A DNA stretch of 64,000 nt from Eledone cirrhosa (lineage: Eukaryota), in the NCBI GenBank assembly GCA_964016885.1, contig OZ024746.1, forward strand, positions 29,760,001 through 29,824,000, given 5' to 3'. The notes beneath the pieces were generated by a model, which made no database searches, was not told the origin of the DNA, and was given only the letters and a program-made list of their open reading frames with translations. The position numbers and the translations under genes were made by a program. This document shows, in pieces, positions 44,217 through 59,324 of the stretch; positions within the stretch are counted from its first letter, which is position 1, and each line of letters starts with the position of its first letter.

Positions 44217-45010
44217 GGGAGGGTGTATGATAATAAACCAACATTCCATTCATTTGATATCGAACTACATTAACGTGGTAATATGTTCCTATTTGGGGAT
44301 GCAGCCTTCGCAATAAAATGGTTTTAATATCTGTGATGGGAACACAGCAATGGTGGTTAGGATGTGAAAGATGTGGATGAGGTTATGCTATAGAATGTGT
44401 CAATACAATATTGGATATAACATCTGCACAGTTTTAGATAGTGCAGCAAATTTCTAGAGCTGATACTGTAATTCCTTATCGGCTACATCAAAAAGATTAG
44501 AGACTGGAAAGGAAAGGAAAACTGATTTCCAGGCTAAAGCAAATCAAACTCTTACATCGCTTTCTTCTTTTCTTAATCCCATAAACCTTTCAGTCTTTCT
44601 ATTCTTTGTCTTCCTGTCGTTTTTTCTTCTTTTTGCTTTCATTTTTCTTTTCATATATATCTTATATATTTCTCGTTCTTCTTTTCTTTCAATCTATCAT
44701 TTTTTTAATTCTATCTTTACTTCTTTCCTTCGCCTTTCTTCTTTCTGTCTTGCTCTCTTCCTTCCTTCCTTTTTTGATTTCCTTCATAATCTTTCCCATT
44801 TCTAATCTCTGTGTATATTATGTCACGTTCGTTCCTCCGTTCATGTTTTTACCGCCATTCGGCTTCCATATTGGATTTCCCATTTACGTCTTTCATATTG
44901 GCTTTATCTTCATGTCACAGCTTAACTAACATATATATACACATGTATACATATATATACATACAAAGACACATACACAAACACACACTAACTCTCTTTC
45001 TCTCTCTCTC

Positions 45011-45105
<95 letters not shown>

Positions 45106-45279
45106 GTCTATCTATCTATATTTATGCTCCTATCGTCATTCTTTACTTCTAATATTCAAATCCCCTTTTTTCTTATCCCCTTCTCACTGTCTCTTTCTGT
45201 ACACACATGCGCACACCACTATATATAGACTTATACATACATAAACCTACAAACATATGTATATACCCACATGCACACA

Positions 45280-45367
<88 letters not shown>

Positions 45368-45444
45368 CATATATCTATGTGTGTGTGTGTGTGTGCATAT
45401 ATATATCCACTCACAAACAGACAAACACACATTTATATCCACAC

Positions 45445-45498
<54 letters not shown>

Positions 45499-45505
45499 CT
45501 GTGTG

Positions 45506-45544
<39 letters not shown>

Positions 45545-46256
45545 GTGTGTGTGTGTGTGTGTCTATGTGTGTGTGTGTGTATACGATAGAAACCTTCTGA
45601 CTTGCTAGGTTACACATCACGCTATGAGGTGATTACTTGTTTTAAACGCTGTGAAAGTTAATGATCTTAGATTCATTACAACAAGTTGGGAGTTCTTTGT
45701 CGCACTTGCTTTATGCTTTCTTTTCTTTACTGTGAAAGTAGTTCAATAGTTTTCCTTTGTATCCTACATTTTTGTCCGTTTGATGTGGGAACCTAAGGAA
45801 CAGTTATTGTCTTATGAATATTCCATCTACTTGAACATTCCAAACATTCACATGCTTGTAAATTGAGTGCCACGATCTCTATGCATAAAGCTTAGAGCGT
45901 CGAGCAATCTGAATAATGAGGAATGACATTGAATAATAGATTGGTTAGTTGCTTTTAAAGAGCGAAATATTATGGCGTAAACTCATTGAATAATGTCAAT
46001 GTATGAGTTGCCTATTTTAGTAATTGCTTTTGTTGCTACAATAACAAGGAATAATAGCCCCACTACTAAGGTTTCTTTCATTGTATATGTTGGTCAGTTG
46101 TAATTCCGATACAGTAAGTTTACAAACTTACACATACTTCACACGATATAATCATATAAGATACTTGTTTTCTTAAAAGGTTATTAAAATTGGATTTCTC
46201 ATTTAAGATGTCTATCAAAACCAGAAATTTGCATATTTTCTCTGTTATTTCCCTCC

Positions 46257-46560
46257 CTGTGTGTACGTGTATCTGGTTTAAAATAGGTACACCGTATCCC
46301 TTTGTGTATCTTGTTTACAATAGATGCACTGTATCCCCGTGTGTATCCAGTTTGTAACAGGTATGCCAAAACTCTGTGAGTATGTGGTGTCGAATGGATA
46401 CACCAAATCCTTGTGTGTATCTGGTCTACAATAGGTAGACTGTACCACCGTATGTATCTGATTTACATTGGTTAAGCTGTATCCCTCTGTGTATCTGGTT
46501 TATAATAGGTACGTACTTATATATATCTGGTTTAAAACAGGTAAACTGTATTCCTGCCTG
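46257..46560. repeat. Diverged minisatellite, ~37-39-bp unit
   Basis: GTGTATCTGGTTTA..ATAGGTA..CTGTATCCC recurs ~8 times. Confidence 0.8.
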
Positions 46561-48046
46561 TAAATGATTTTAAATAAGTTAACCTAAAACGTTTGGCATG
46601 CGTTTGGCATGCGTTTGTAGAACGTCGCCTCAAAAGACCTTGTTTCACACCTGTATTGACTACCGCGACAGTAACTTTTATTTAGCAGTGGAAATAGACT
46701 TAATAATCCTTGTTGTGTTTTTTATTTATGTGTTCATCATTTGGGATCACTTCATAATAGCAATTCCAGAAATTCCGGAAGTTAAAGCTTCTACAGGGTA
46801 TTATAGTGTACGAACGAAACCTTCTCACTGATATATTTTGTCTTATTTAATAACTGATTTGGGTCGGCTATCAAATACAAACGCACTTGTCGATTTGTAA
46901 CAAGTTAGAATGTTTGATCTAATATCTAACGTCATATATATTTCACTGATGTTACTAATACAATGTCTTCTAAACTTACAGCAGGCGGTTTCTCTTCAAT
47001 ATCATCCAAGCTATGTAAATAGAAATATATTGACTGCCCTTTTTCATTAAGAAACAAGCTGTTGATGATGACGTTATGTCTGTTTACAGAGTGAGGTGCG
47101 AACCAGGTGTCTGGAGAGATAACGGAATAGTTATATTATTGACTCCAGTTTTCTTAACTATAAGATGTGATCTAGGAACGATTACTCAGTCACATTAAAT
47201 CTACATTTATTAAAATTACGTGTAAACACTCTCTTTTGGCTCCATTCGAGAAAATACCAGCTGCATCAGTCATTTCCACTAGCACCAGGAGAAGAATTCT
47301 TACTTCCCAGGGCTCGACAACTTTTAATATTTAGTTTTTTCTTGTACAAATTTAATAAAACTCGACAATCCGAATATTACTTCAAAAAGCAGTCGTGTAA
47401 ATTGGAATAACACTGTTCATACCAAACCACCCGTAATCACCAATAATTCTACAATACAAAAATGTTTATTTTAAAGGCTCTATATATATATCTAAAAACA
47501 CCCATCATAATTTTATATAAGATCCTTTGTTAACTTAGGTTCTAAACAACACCTAAATAATAAGAAAGTGATATTACTAATTCCCTCTAAGTGTAGCGAC
47601 TTTCATTAAAAATATGGTATTGAAAATATCTGCATATTCCTATTTATCTAATATCCTTCCATAATTATATGTATGAACCCATCTCAAGGTATGTTCCATA
47701 ATCAACTTAATATGGCAAAAGTTAGTGACATTAATATACAATTCAAATTTTCGACTCTTTTCAAAAGTATGAGAAAATGCTGGTCAGTTACCTGTCACTA
47801 GAAATAGCGGAACGAAAACGGTAAATCACATTGTATTAGAAAGAGTCTAATATGTTTTAGAGAAAGCGGCAATGTTTTTTTTTTTTTTTTTTTTTTATAA
47901 TATTGTAATAAGATGTACTGAACGAACCTCGAAAGTACTTCAATGATGAGGTTCGTGAATTTCACGGAAAACCTCACTAATGTGTAGCGAAGGTTAAAAT
48001 ATAGTTATATGCATTCAATGATAGTGTGTATTCAACCACCTAAATC

Positions 48047-48467
48047 GTGTATAGAAGATTATATTAATAAGAGGAATTCCAACTTTGTCTGATTTACTCG
48101 TTTTATTTACAATCCTTTAAATTATATATAATCGTATTATAATGAAATAGTATGATAGAATATTAAATTCTAAGTGTTAATTGAACAAGTACTTTCATGC
48201 TTTCGCAATCTTCAGGTTCATGATATGTGGTGACAGTCGAGTTTGCAATTTTCAACAGTTGAAAATTGCAAACTCGACTGTCACCACATTTCATGAATCT
48301 GAAGATTGCGAAAGCATGAAAGTACTTGTTCAATTAACACTTAAAATTTAATATTCTATCATACTATTTCATTATAATACGATTATATATAATTTAAAGG
48401 ATTGTAAATAAAACGAGTAAATCAGACAAAGTTGGAATTCCTCTTATTAATATAATCTTCTATACAC
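48047..48467. repeat. Palindrome, ~210-bp arms with HHRs
   Basis: Axis TTTTCAAC-a-GTTGAAAA at 48257. A solo single arm lies at 8614-8810. Confidence 0.95.
48182..48220 (-). ncRNA. Minimal hammerhead (mirror 48294-48332 on plus strand)
   Basis: Minus strand: TGAAC-CTGAAGA-tTGC gaaa GCAt-GAAA-GTAC-TT-GTTCA. Confidence 0.85.
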
Positions 48468-51110
48468 AATCATACACACCCGTGTATATTTACCTATCTA
48501 TATCTATATATATATATATATACATACATATAAATATATCTCTCTCTCTCTCTCTTTCTCTCTCTCTCATATATACATATATATACACATATATACATAT
48601 ATATACATATATATACACATATATATACATATATATATACATATATATACACATATATGCATATATATATATATATACACATATATGCATATATATATAT
48701 ATATATATGCATATATGTGTATATATAGGTATATATATATAAGTAAATCAATATGCATATATTTATATATACATATATAATATATAATATATATATATAT
48801 ATGATATATATGTATACTTATATATATATATATGTATATGATGTTCGATTTTCAACATCCTTCCCTTCTATATAGTATGTTTTTTATTCGTTTATGTTTT
48901 GTAATTTTTTTAAAATTCTATGTATTATTTCTCTTTTTCTAAACACCTCCATTTTCTCATTTTCCGACCTATTCAGATTCATTCGCATTCGCTGTCATTT
49001 TCTCTTTCACAGACCACATTTTCTCCAATTGTATTTTCTTCATTTTATTATAATTTAACCGTATTCAACCCATCCATCACACTATCCCTATTATTCCCTG
49101 GCACCTTCCGACTGCATTCATCTGTCTTGTGCACTTTCTCAATATTTTATTCATTCTCTATATATCTATTTTTATTTCCTCTCTCTAGTTTCTATCTTTA
49201 GCATGCATATATTCTTCTTCTAATTTGACTTTTATTTGCTGTTTGTAAGCCATTCAGTATATTTGTTACGTTCAGTTTCTTGTCGTTATTTTACCTCACA
49301 CACCGCCTGGAATTTATCAGGAAACTACGAAAAATAAGTTAATAATCTTAGGGAATGGTTAAGATTATACAGCTAGCATTATTTTCATGATAAACTGCAG
49401 ACAGACATCGTTTCTTAGTGGAATACTAAAAAAAAAAAAAAATTTAAGATAAATCTCAGAAAAAGTTCACTAAAATCTGATTGATAACACTATATAACAA
49501 ATGGCGAAACTTCGAACATTAAAATTAATCAGATGAGAATCACTTTCGAAATAACACGAACGTTTCTCAATGAATGTTTATTATATTGTCTTACTACCTT
49601 AATTTTACAGACGATGCCGTCTTCCATTTTGTTAAAAATATGATTAATGTCTTTTCAATATTTCACAACAATACATGTCATCAAAAATTATGGAAATTGA
49701 ATTCAGACAAAATGAGACGGATGGTATTCAAAATAATTATGTTATGTTATCTATTTTATATTACATGTTGGTGAAATAAAGTTGGGGATGGTGTGATAGA
49801 TAGGAGAGGAGGGGGTAAATGTAAGTAAATATAGATGTTTTATTTGTATTTATTTTATCATGCATCTATTAGTCCAGGCTTTTATATTTACATAGTTGAT
49901 AATACGCTGTCACCTTCCATTTTGTACATTTAATCAATAAGTCACATGTTTGTGTATAACGCCTTCTCCTCCACACACATAGACACTCTCCGTCACTTTC
50001 TACGATGAATGCTCTAGACTTTTTACCAAGGAAAAAGCTTGCTAACAAAATTACAGTATAAGTTGCTGCGTGGTTAACAGACACGTGTACTTTTAACACA
50101 ATTCTCAGGGAGATGCAGCGTGAAACAGTGTGCTATAAAGCTGTCCTTTTAAAATACATAGTCCATTTGATTTTGCTTCAAAAGGTTTTCGTCTACACAA
50201 CTCTACACATACAAAAGCCTCGAGTCGCAAATGACATCTGCCCAATAATCAACGAAGTGGGAACGAACTCGGGACCTAATGATTGTGAAGCGAACTACTT
50301 AACCCTTCATCCATGCAGCATATTAGTATGTATATAAACACACACACATGAATATATTTATATAGAGACAAATACATATAAATACGTGCAGACACACATG
50401 GAGCGACGAGTACATATATATAAAATAGATAAATAGATAAATAGATAAATAGACAAACAGATAGATAGATTGATAGATTGATAGATAGATATGTGTAATA
50501 TACGCGATATTACAAATATTGTTTAGAATTGTGTGCACAAAAATTTAAATACACATTCACACATACAGCCACACATTAATATGTGTATCTATGTGTGCCG
50601 ATAATTCTTCACTTATCTAAACACATATATGTATATTCATATATGTGACCATCTGCATGTGTATGATTTAGTTAAATAATCTATCTGTGTGAATCTTGTA
50701 GCAGTTCGTCTACATGTGTGTGACTGTGTGAGCATGTGATTATTTTCATAGATTAAAAGTATGTACTACAAACGTAAGGTTTCTTATATATTTTATAAAA
50801 ACGGATATATGGTGTGTGTGTGTGTGTGTTTTAACTTCAATTGAGGTCACCAATATGTAGTTTTTGTTGAAGTTTAATATATTTGATGGGTATGATGGCA
50901 TACGTTATTGAATTATTTTAGATTACTACAAAAACGAATATATAAGATATCTTTTTTTTTTTAAATGAAACTATAATACATTTTTTAACAGAGAATTAAT
51001 TTAGGAAATATGTAAGTAAATTATATTATGCACAGTAGGTAATATCTCTTTAAATATGCCATTGAAGGTAGATAGATGACTGATTATATAAAAGATTTAA
51101 GACTGGAAGC

Positions 51111-51189
<79 letters not shown>

Positions 51190-51210
51190 ATATGTATATA
51201 TATATATATA

Positions 51211-51330
51211 TGTGTGTGTGTGTAGAACAATGAAAACAAAATAAAAGTCAAAGATAGGTAGTTAATGAACTAATTATCTACCTATATCTGACTTTCGTTA
51301 TGTTTTCATTGTTCTATACACACACACATA
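51211..51330. repeat. Short imperfect palindrome between microsatellites
   Basis: TAGAACAATGAAAACA...TGTTTTCATTGTTCTA. Confidence 0.8.
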
Positions 51331-51869
51331 TATAAGTGACTCTGTAATCTGGGCAGATTCTTCTTCAAGGAAACGCCATGCGGTTTAGTGAGCACCTACC
51401 ACAACACACTAGAACCGCTTAATCTGGATGAAACCAAGCCCACATTGAGATCCAACAAAATTATTGGCTCCACCGCAAACAGATGGAAACCAATATATAT
51501 ATATATGCAGTTCAAGCCTACCATCCCCTACGTTATATGTTTTCATTTACGTAGAGCCTACGAAAACGAAACAAAACTATAAAAATAGACGTGAAGACGA
51601 TTTTGCCTTATCTGGATACATGTTTCACATAAAACTATTATAAAATCTATCAGTCCGAAAAAGAGGATATTTTAAAGTTTGTCTTTCAAAAGCTACCAAG
51701 TTTGGGGGAGCAATATTTTGTGAAGGGCCTACAAACCATCGACTTATTATTCCACTACATGAAGGATACGAAAAGATTCAACAATAAAAACATTTAACTA
51801 GTTTCTATCTGTTCGGTATTCGTGCCAACCCTTATGAGTCATGAGTCTTTGATAAGGAGCGGAAGAATA

Positions 51870-52210
51870 TCATAAAAAATTCAAGCGACCTCAATGTGGT
51901 TCCTCCACGTGGTCTTTGGAGTGCGTAGCTCTGTGATCAGGGAGTCGCTCCAGGTAGAACCGTTATTTTTCTGACATGTGGTCAGAATGTCCCAGAACAG
52001 AATCATAACTGAACAAATTTTACGAGCAAAACCAACCGGCAGGAAATCCAGAGGTAGACCTAGAGCAATATAGTGGGATAACACCCATGAGTTCGGCCGG
52101 TCACGCTTGGGAATCCAGCCGGATCAAATGACGGCAGTTACCCCCGGCAGGACCCGCTAGAAGGCGTACTTGAAAGGTAGGCACCCCCACAACACTTACA
52201 AGAATAAGAG
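51870..52210 (+). pseudogene. RTE-clade LINE 3' fragment
   Basis: Decayed RSSVIRESLQVEPL / HVVRMSQNRI / ILRAKPTGRKSRGRPRA motifs. Confidence 0.75.
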
Positions 52211-52540
52211 GGCGAAAAAGAAACGGAAAAAGAAGAAAAGATAGCTGTCCTTATTTTTCGCGTTTGTTCCTTTTTTCTTTCTACGTCTCTCTTGTTTTTT
52301 GCTTTTTAATTATACAGTGCATTTGATACATTTCTTGTCAATGCTCACCAGACTTACACTGACGTTTAAAGTGATTAAATAAGTAAATAAATAAATAGAT
52401 TTAGCTTTTCCCTGACACAATTATCAAATGCAACTATTGCTGCATTGTCTTTGGGTTTTTCCAACGTACAGAAAGAAACATTCGTTAATATTATTAAATC
52501 GCTGAATAATCATCCGTTATTGAATGCTAGAAAGTAGAGT

Positions 52541-52595
<55 letters not shown>

Positions 52596-53552
52596 TGTTC
52601 AGTTATACTGGCATGTGTTGTCAGTGATGGAAACTCTCAGTGCAGAATCTTAATTGGCCACTAAACAACTTTCATCACTATTAAACGAGTTCATTTCGGT
52701 TATGAACGAGGCGTTAACAAGAAAAGCAATAGATTTTCATTGAACATGACTTGGGAATTGAATTATGTTTGAATCAATCTAGATAAGTTCTCATATCTAA
52801 GTAAAATGTCAATGGAGGTTTACCAATTAGTTATTAAATCTTATTTTCAATAGTCACGGAAGATTATTATCAGCAGTTTTGGGAAAAGAAAGAAAGGAAA
52901 ACAAAGCAAAACCATTACTACTTAACTTAATGAAAGTGCAGAACACACACTCACATAGAAACATACAGATACATAAGTACACAGGTACACATGTACACAG
53001 TCCCACAAACAGACATATACACAAACATACATATACACAAACATACATATACGCAAACACGCGTACACAAACGTACATGTACACAAACATACATTTACAC
53101 ACTTACACAGAAACACAAAAAAAAAGAAACAAATATACAGATACACAGACACACAGATACACACTCATACATGTACACATACATACGTATCAATAAACAT
53201 AGAGACATACAAACACACAGACACACAAACACGCATATATATATATATATATACAAAGATTGAGATACAGAAATATAGAGATACACAAACAAACAAACAT
53301 AAAAAAAGACACAGAGATAGACAAGGATAACGATAAAAAACAAAAAAGACATATAGACAACTCCAAACACATGTTGATGTTGCTGTTGCTGATGCTGATG
53401 CTGATGCTGATGCTGCCTTTAGTGGCTCATCAAACCAGGAAATGTTTTTACATGCCATACCACACAGTGTGCAATTAAGATTCTCACCTGCTTGCGTCTG
53501 GTTGGCATGGCACACCTTATGGTGCCGTGTTGAGACTACTTGCATAGTGACT

Positions 53553-54775
53553 CAACCTCACCATCACTAATAACAACGACAACAATAATCTCACCATCAT
53601 CACCACCACCAACAACAACAATAGCAACAGCCTTACCATCACCAGCAACAACAATAACACCACCAGCAACAACAATACCACCATCAGCAGCAACAACAGC
53701 AACAGCCTCACCATCAATAATAACAACCACAACAACAATAATCTCACCATCACCACCACCACCAACAACAATAGCAACAACCTCACCATCACCACCACCA
53801 CCAACAACAATAGCAACAGCCTCACCATCAATAACAACAACAACAACAATAACCTCACCATAACCACCACCACCAACAACAATAGCAACAGCTTCACCAT
53901 CAATAATAACAACAACAACAACAATAATCTCACCATAACCACCACCACCAACACCAACAATAGCAACAGCCTCACCATCAATAACAACAACAACAACAAT
54001 AACCTCACCATAACCACCACCACCAACAACAATAGCAACAGCTTCACCATCAATAATAACAACCACAACAACAATAATCTCACCATAACCACCACCACCA
54101 ACAACAATAGCAACAACCTCACCATCACCACCACCAACAACAATAGCAACAGCCTCACCATCAATAACAACAACAACAACAATAACCTCACCATAACCAC
54201 CACCACCAACAACAATAGCAACAGCTTCACCATCAATAATAACAACCACAACAACAATAATCTCACCATAACCACCACCACCAACAACAATAGCAACAAC
54301 CTCACCATCAATAATAACAACAACAATAACAACAACAATAATCTCACCATCACCACCACCACCAACAACAATAGCAACAACCTCACCATCACCACCACCA
54401 ACAACAATAGCAACAGCCTCACCATCAATAATAACAACAACAACAATGACCTCACCATAACCACCACCACCAACAACAATAGCAACAGCTTCACCATCAA
54501 TAATAACAACAACAACAACAATAATCTCACCATAACCACCACCACCAACACCAACAATAGCAACAGCCTCACCATCACCAGCAACAACAACAACACCACC
54601 AGCAACAACAATAACATCATCAGCAGCAACAATAGCAACAGCCTCACCATCAATAATAACAACAACAACAACAATAACCTCACCATAACCACCACCACCA
54701 ACAATAATAGCAACAGCTTCACCACCACTAATAACAATAATAATATCCTCACCATCACGACCATCAATAATAATT
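53553..54775. repeat. Trinucleotide-derived (CAA/CAC) higher-order minisatellite
   Basis: 30-39-bp units anchored on CTCACCAT, alternating ACC-rich and AAC-rich types. Confidence 0.92.
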
Positions 54776-54857
54776 GTTTCTACTTTTGGCACAAGGCCAG
54801 CAAATAACCAGTGCATTACTGGTACTTTATTTTATCGACCCCGTAAAATAATAATAA

Positions 54858-55290
54858 CACGTTATGGGGCCGTGTTTGCCCACTTGCATAGTGACACATC
54901 TTGGTGCAGATTCCACATATAAAATCAAGATGTATGGGGTACTCAAAGGTGTTATTTGCATGAGTATGACGTCTGCTACGGTTTCGTAACTCAGCCCTTG
55001 ACATACATACATGTCCGCATTTCCCACTAGTATGAGTTTCTTTCAAACATCGTTCTGGGAGGTGAATAACATCCCCCCATATATTTAGCTGCTTGTTTCA
55101 CTTCGACATAGGTCCTCTGCTTCTTTTCAAATTCCTCAACACGGTAGCAATGAGATTTCGCTACTGGGCTCTATCGGTTGTAAGATTTTTTTCATGTTGA
55201 CTTTTTTCAAGGTGTCGTTCAGACAATCTTTCAAGCGCTTGTATGGTTTGCACCGTAAGCGTTTGCATTTCAACAATTGACCGTACAAAA
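54858..55290 (-). pseudogene. RTE/BovB-like LINE 3' fragment with C2H2-like knuckles
   Basis: ILYGQLLKCKRLRCKPYKRLKDCLNDTLKK followed by KCGHVCMSRAELRNRSRRH and ICGICTKMC. Confidence 0.7.
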
Positions 55291-55315
55291 TATATACATA
55301 TACATGTATATGAAC

Positions 55316-55380
<65 letters not shown>

Positions 55381-55413
55381 AAAGAATAGAGGTGTAACAC
55401 ACAAGTTATTATA

Positions 55414-55648
55414 TATTGGTAAACAGAAAAGAAAATGCTGACAAATTGTTCACAGTTGAAAAATGGTTTAATTAGGAATAAAAGAGTATTAGTGATGGGT
55501 TAGTATTCAGTTGTGGTTTTAGGTTTTTAAAAACTTAAAACCACAACTGAATACTAACCCATACAATCACTAATACTCTTTTATTCCTAATTAAACCATT
55601 TTTCAACTGTGAACAATTTGTCAGCATTTTCTTTTCTGTTTACCAATA
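55414..55648. repeat. Palindrome of the tail found 5' of the PLE ORF (24130-24240)
   Basis: Axis GTTTTTAAAAAC at ~55528; the arms match 24130-24240. Confidence 0.93.
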
Positions 55649-55700
55649 TATATATATATATATATATATTTGGAAAATTAAATGTTTAACTTTGAGTTCA

Positions 55701-55774
55701 CTCCTGATGAGTCCGATACTCTGGATGTATCCTGTTATTGGATGTCTAAAAATACGGACGAAACCATGGTAGAG
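55701..55774 (+). ncRNA. Type-I hammerhead, solo
   Basis: CTC-CTGATGA-GTCCG...CGGAC-GAAA-CCATGG-TA-GAG. Confidence 0.85.
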
Positions 55775-55870
55775 ATATAATTACGGTATGTACACATTTC
55801 TTCTAAGTTTGAATTTACACCTAATTGTGTATGGTTGACGGTATATTTAGTTAGTTTCTACATGTCCAGA

Positions 55871-58870
55871 GACAACAATCTCACCATCAGCAGCAACAAT
55901 AAATAAAACCACCATCTACAGCAACAACAATCTCACCATCAACAGCAACAATAAAATCACCATCTCCAGCAACAATAAATAAAACCACCATCTCCAGCAA
56001 CAACAATCTCACTATCAGCAGCAATAAAACCACCATCTCCAGCAACAACAATCTCACCATCAGCAGCAATAAAACCACCATATCCAGCAACAACAATCTC
56101 ACATCAGCAGCAATAAATCCACCATCTCCAGCAACAACAATCTCACTATCAGCAACAATAAATAAAACCACCATCTCCAGCAACAAAAATCTCACTATCA
56201 GCAGCAATAAATAAAACCAACATCACCAGCAACAACAATCTCACCAACAGCAGCAACAATAAATAAAACCACCATCTCCAGCAACAACAATCTCACCATC
56301 AGCAGCAATAAATAAAACCACCATGTCCAGCAACAACAATCTCACTATCAGCAGCAACAATAAATAAAACCACCATCTACAGCAACAACAATCTCACCAA
56401 CAGCAACAATAAAACCACCATCTCCAGCAACAACAATCTCACCATCAGCAGCAATAAATAAAACCACCATCTCCAGCAATAAGAATCTCATCAACAGCAG
56501 CAATAAAACCACCATCTCCAGCAACAACAATCTCACATCAGCAGCAATAAAACCACCATCTCCAGCAACAACACTCTCAACATTAGCAACAATAAATAAA
56601 ACCACCATCTCCAGCCACAACAATCTCACTATCAGCAGCAATAAAACCACCATCTCCAGCAACAACAATCTCAACATCAGCAGCAATAAATAAAACCACC
56701 ATCACCAGCAACAACAATCTCACCAACAGCAGCAACAATAAATAAAACCACCATCTCCAGCAACAACAATCTCACCATCAGCAACAATAAATAAAACCAC
56801 CATCTCCAGCAACAACAATCTCACCATCAGCAACAATAAATAAAACCACCATCACCAGCAACAACAATCTCAACATCAGCAACAATAAATAAAACCACCA
56901 TCTCCAGCAACAACAATCTCACCATCAGCAACAATAAATAAAACCACCATCTCCAGCAACAACAATCTCACCATCAGCAACAATAAATAAAACCACCATC
57001 ACCAGCAACAACAATCTCACCATCAGCAACAATAAATAAAACCACCATCTCCAGCAACAACAATCTCACTATCAGCAGCAATAAAACCACCATCTCCAGC
57101 AACAACAATCTCAACATCAGCAACAATAAATAAAACCACCATCTCCAGCAACAACAATCTCACTATCAGCAGCAATAAAACCACCATCTCCAGCAACAAC
57201 AATCTCACCATCAGCAACAATAAATAAAACCACCATCTCCAGCAACAACAATCTCACTATCAGCAGCAATAAAACCACCATCTCCAGCAACAACAATCTC
57301 ACCATCAGCAACAATAAATAAAACCACCATCTCCAGCAACAACAATCTCACCATCAGCAACAATAAATAAAACCACCATCTCCAGCAACAACAATCTCAC
57401 CATCAGCAGCAATAAATAAAACCACCATCACCAGCAACAACAATCTCACCAACAGCTGCAACAATAAATAAAACCACCATCTCCAGCAACAACAATCTCA
57501 CCATCAGCAGCAACAATAAATAAAACCACCATCTACAGCAACAACAATCTCACCATCAACAGCAACAATAAAACCACCATCTCCAGCAATAACAATCTCA
57601 CCATCAGCAGCAATAAAACCACCATCTCCAGCAACAACAATCTCACATCAGCAACAACAATAAATAAAACCACCATCTCCAGCAATAACAATCTCACCAG
57701 CAGCAGCAATAAAACCATCATCTCCAGCAACAACAATCTCACATCAGCAACAACAATAAATAAAACCACCATCTCCAGCAATAACAATCTCACCAGCAGC
57801 AGCAATAAAACCATCATCTCCAGCAACAACAATCTCACCATCAGCAGCAATAAAACCACCATCTCCAGCAACAAAATCTCACCAACAGCAACAATAAATA
57901 AAACCACCATCTCCAGCAATAACAATCTCACCTGCAGCAGCAATAAAACCATCATCTCCAGCAACAACAATCTCACCATCAGCAGCAATAAAACCACCAT
58001 CTCCAGCAACAACAATCTCACCATCAGCAACAATAAATAAAACCACCATCTCCAGCAATAACAATCTCACCAGCAGCAGCAATAAAACCATCATCTCCAG
58101 CAATAACAATCTCACCAGCAGCAGCAATAAAACCACCATCTCCAGCAACAACAATCTCACCAGCAGCAGCAATAAAACCATCATCTCCAGCAATAACAAT
58201 CTCAACATCAGCAGCAATAAAACCACCATCTCCAGCAACAACAATCTCACATCAGCAGCAACAATAAATAAAACCACCATCTCCAGCAACAACAATCTCA
58301 CCAGCAGCAGCAATAAAACCATCATCTCCAGCAATAACAATCTCAACATCAGCAGCAATAAAACCACCATCTCCAGCAACAACAATCTCACATCAGCAGC
58401 AACAATAAATAAAACCACCATCTCCAGCAACAACAATCTCACCAGCAGCAGAAATAAAACCACCATCTCCAGCAACAACAATCTCACATCAGCAGCAACA
58501 ATAAATAAAACCACCATCTCCAGCAATAACAATCTCAACATCAGCAGCAATAAAACCACCATCTCCAGCAACAACAATCTCACATCAGCAGCAGCAATAA
58601 AACCACCATCTCCAGCAACAACAATCTCACCAACAGCAACAATAAAACCACCATCTCCAGCAACAACAATCTCACATCAGCAGCAACAATAAATAAAACC
58701 ACCATCTCCAGCAATAACAATCTCAACATCAGCAGCAATAAAACCACCATCTCCAGCAACAACAATCTCACCTTCAGCAGCAATAAAACCATCATCTCCA
58801 GCAACAACAATCTCACCTTCAGCAGCAATAAAACCATCATCTCCAGCAACAACAATCTCACCATCAGTAA
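55871..58870. repeat. Minisatellite, ~42-50-bp unit, ~65 copies
   Basis: AAT(AAAT)AAAACCACCATCTCCAGCAACAACAATCTCACCATCAGCAGC repeated. Confidence 0.95.
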
Positions 58871-59225
58871 CTATAACAATCACAATCACAACAACCCTCT
58901 AAGTAAACCGTTGTTGATATGCTATAGAGGTTTGAATGCCTCATCCATTCATAGAAATATACTGAGTTTAGAGAATACAGATCACAGATCACACATTTCT
59001 CTCGCTTTATCCTACTATTGAAACATTTTTTAAAACCTCTCTCTTCTTAACATTTTCCTTCAGAGACGAACAATAGCTGCAATTTATGCATTGCTTGTTG
59101 GAAGGCATTCTTCTACTCTTTTAACTGGCGTCTTTGTAGACCATTCAAATCAGCTGGATAATTGATTTCCAAATGTGTATATGCATTCTTTCTTATATAT
59201 TTTCTTCTCTCTGTGTCTCTTTCAG

Positions 59226-59324
59226 CTAAACTGTAGCTGGTTTATTATGCTTGAATTTTCTGGAAACATGATACAGAATGATCCACTAATATTTTTTATT
59301 ACCAACGAGTTTGACGCAAGAGAG
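59226..59324 (+). CDS. Candidate isolated 99-nt internal exon of an unknown host gene
   Basis: Long polypyrimidine tract ending TTTCAG, donor GAG/GTAAGT, open phase-0 frame LNCSWFIMLEFSGNMIQNDPLIFFITNEFDARE. Confidence 0.45.

Noticed and set aside
53517-54816. 416-aa and 426-aa ORFs (L/V-rich and G/V-rich)
   Set aside because: They are stop-free because the array is GTT/GGT triplet-derived; no splice or domain context is visible.
55871-58870. Regular repeat array resembling CRISPR
   Set aside because: No unique spacers and no cas genes; eukaryotic context.
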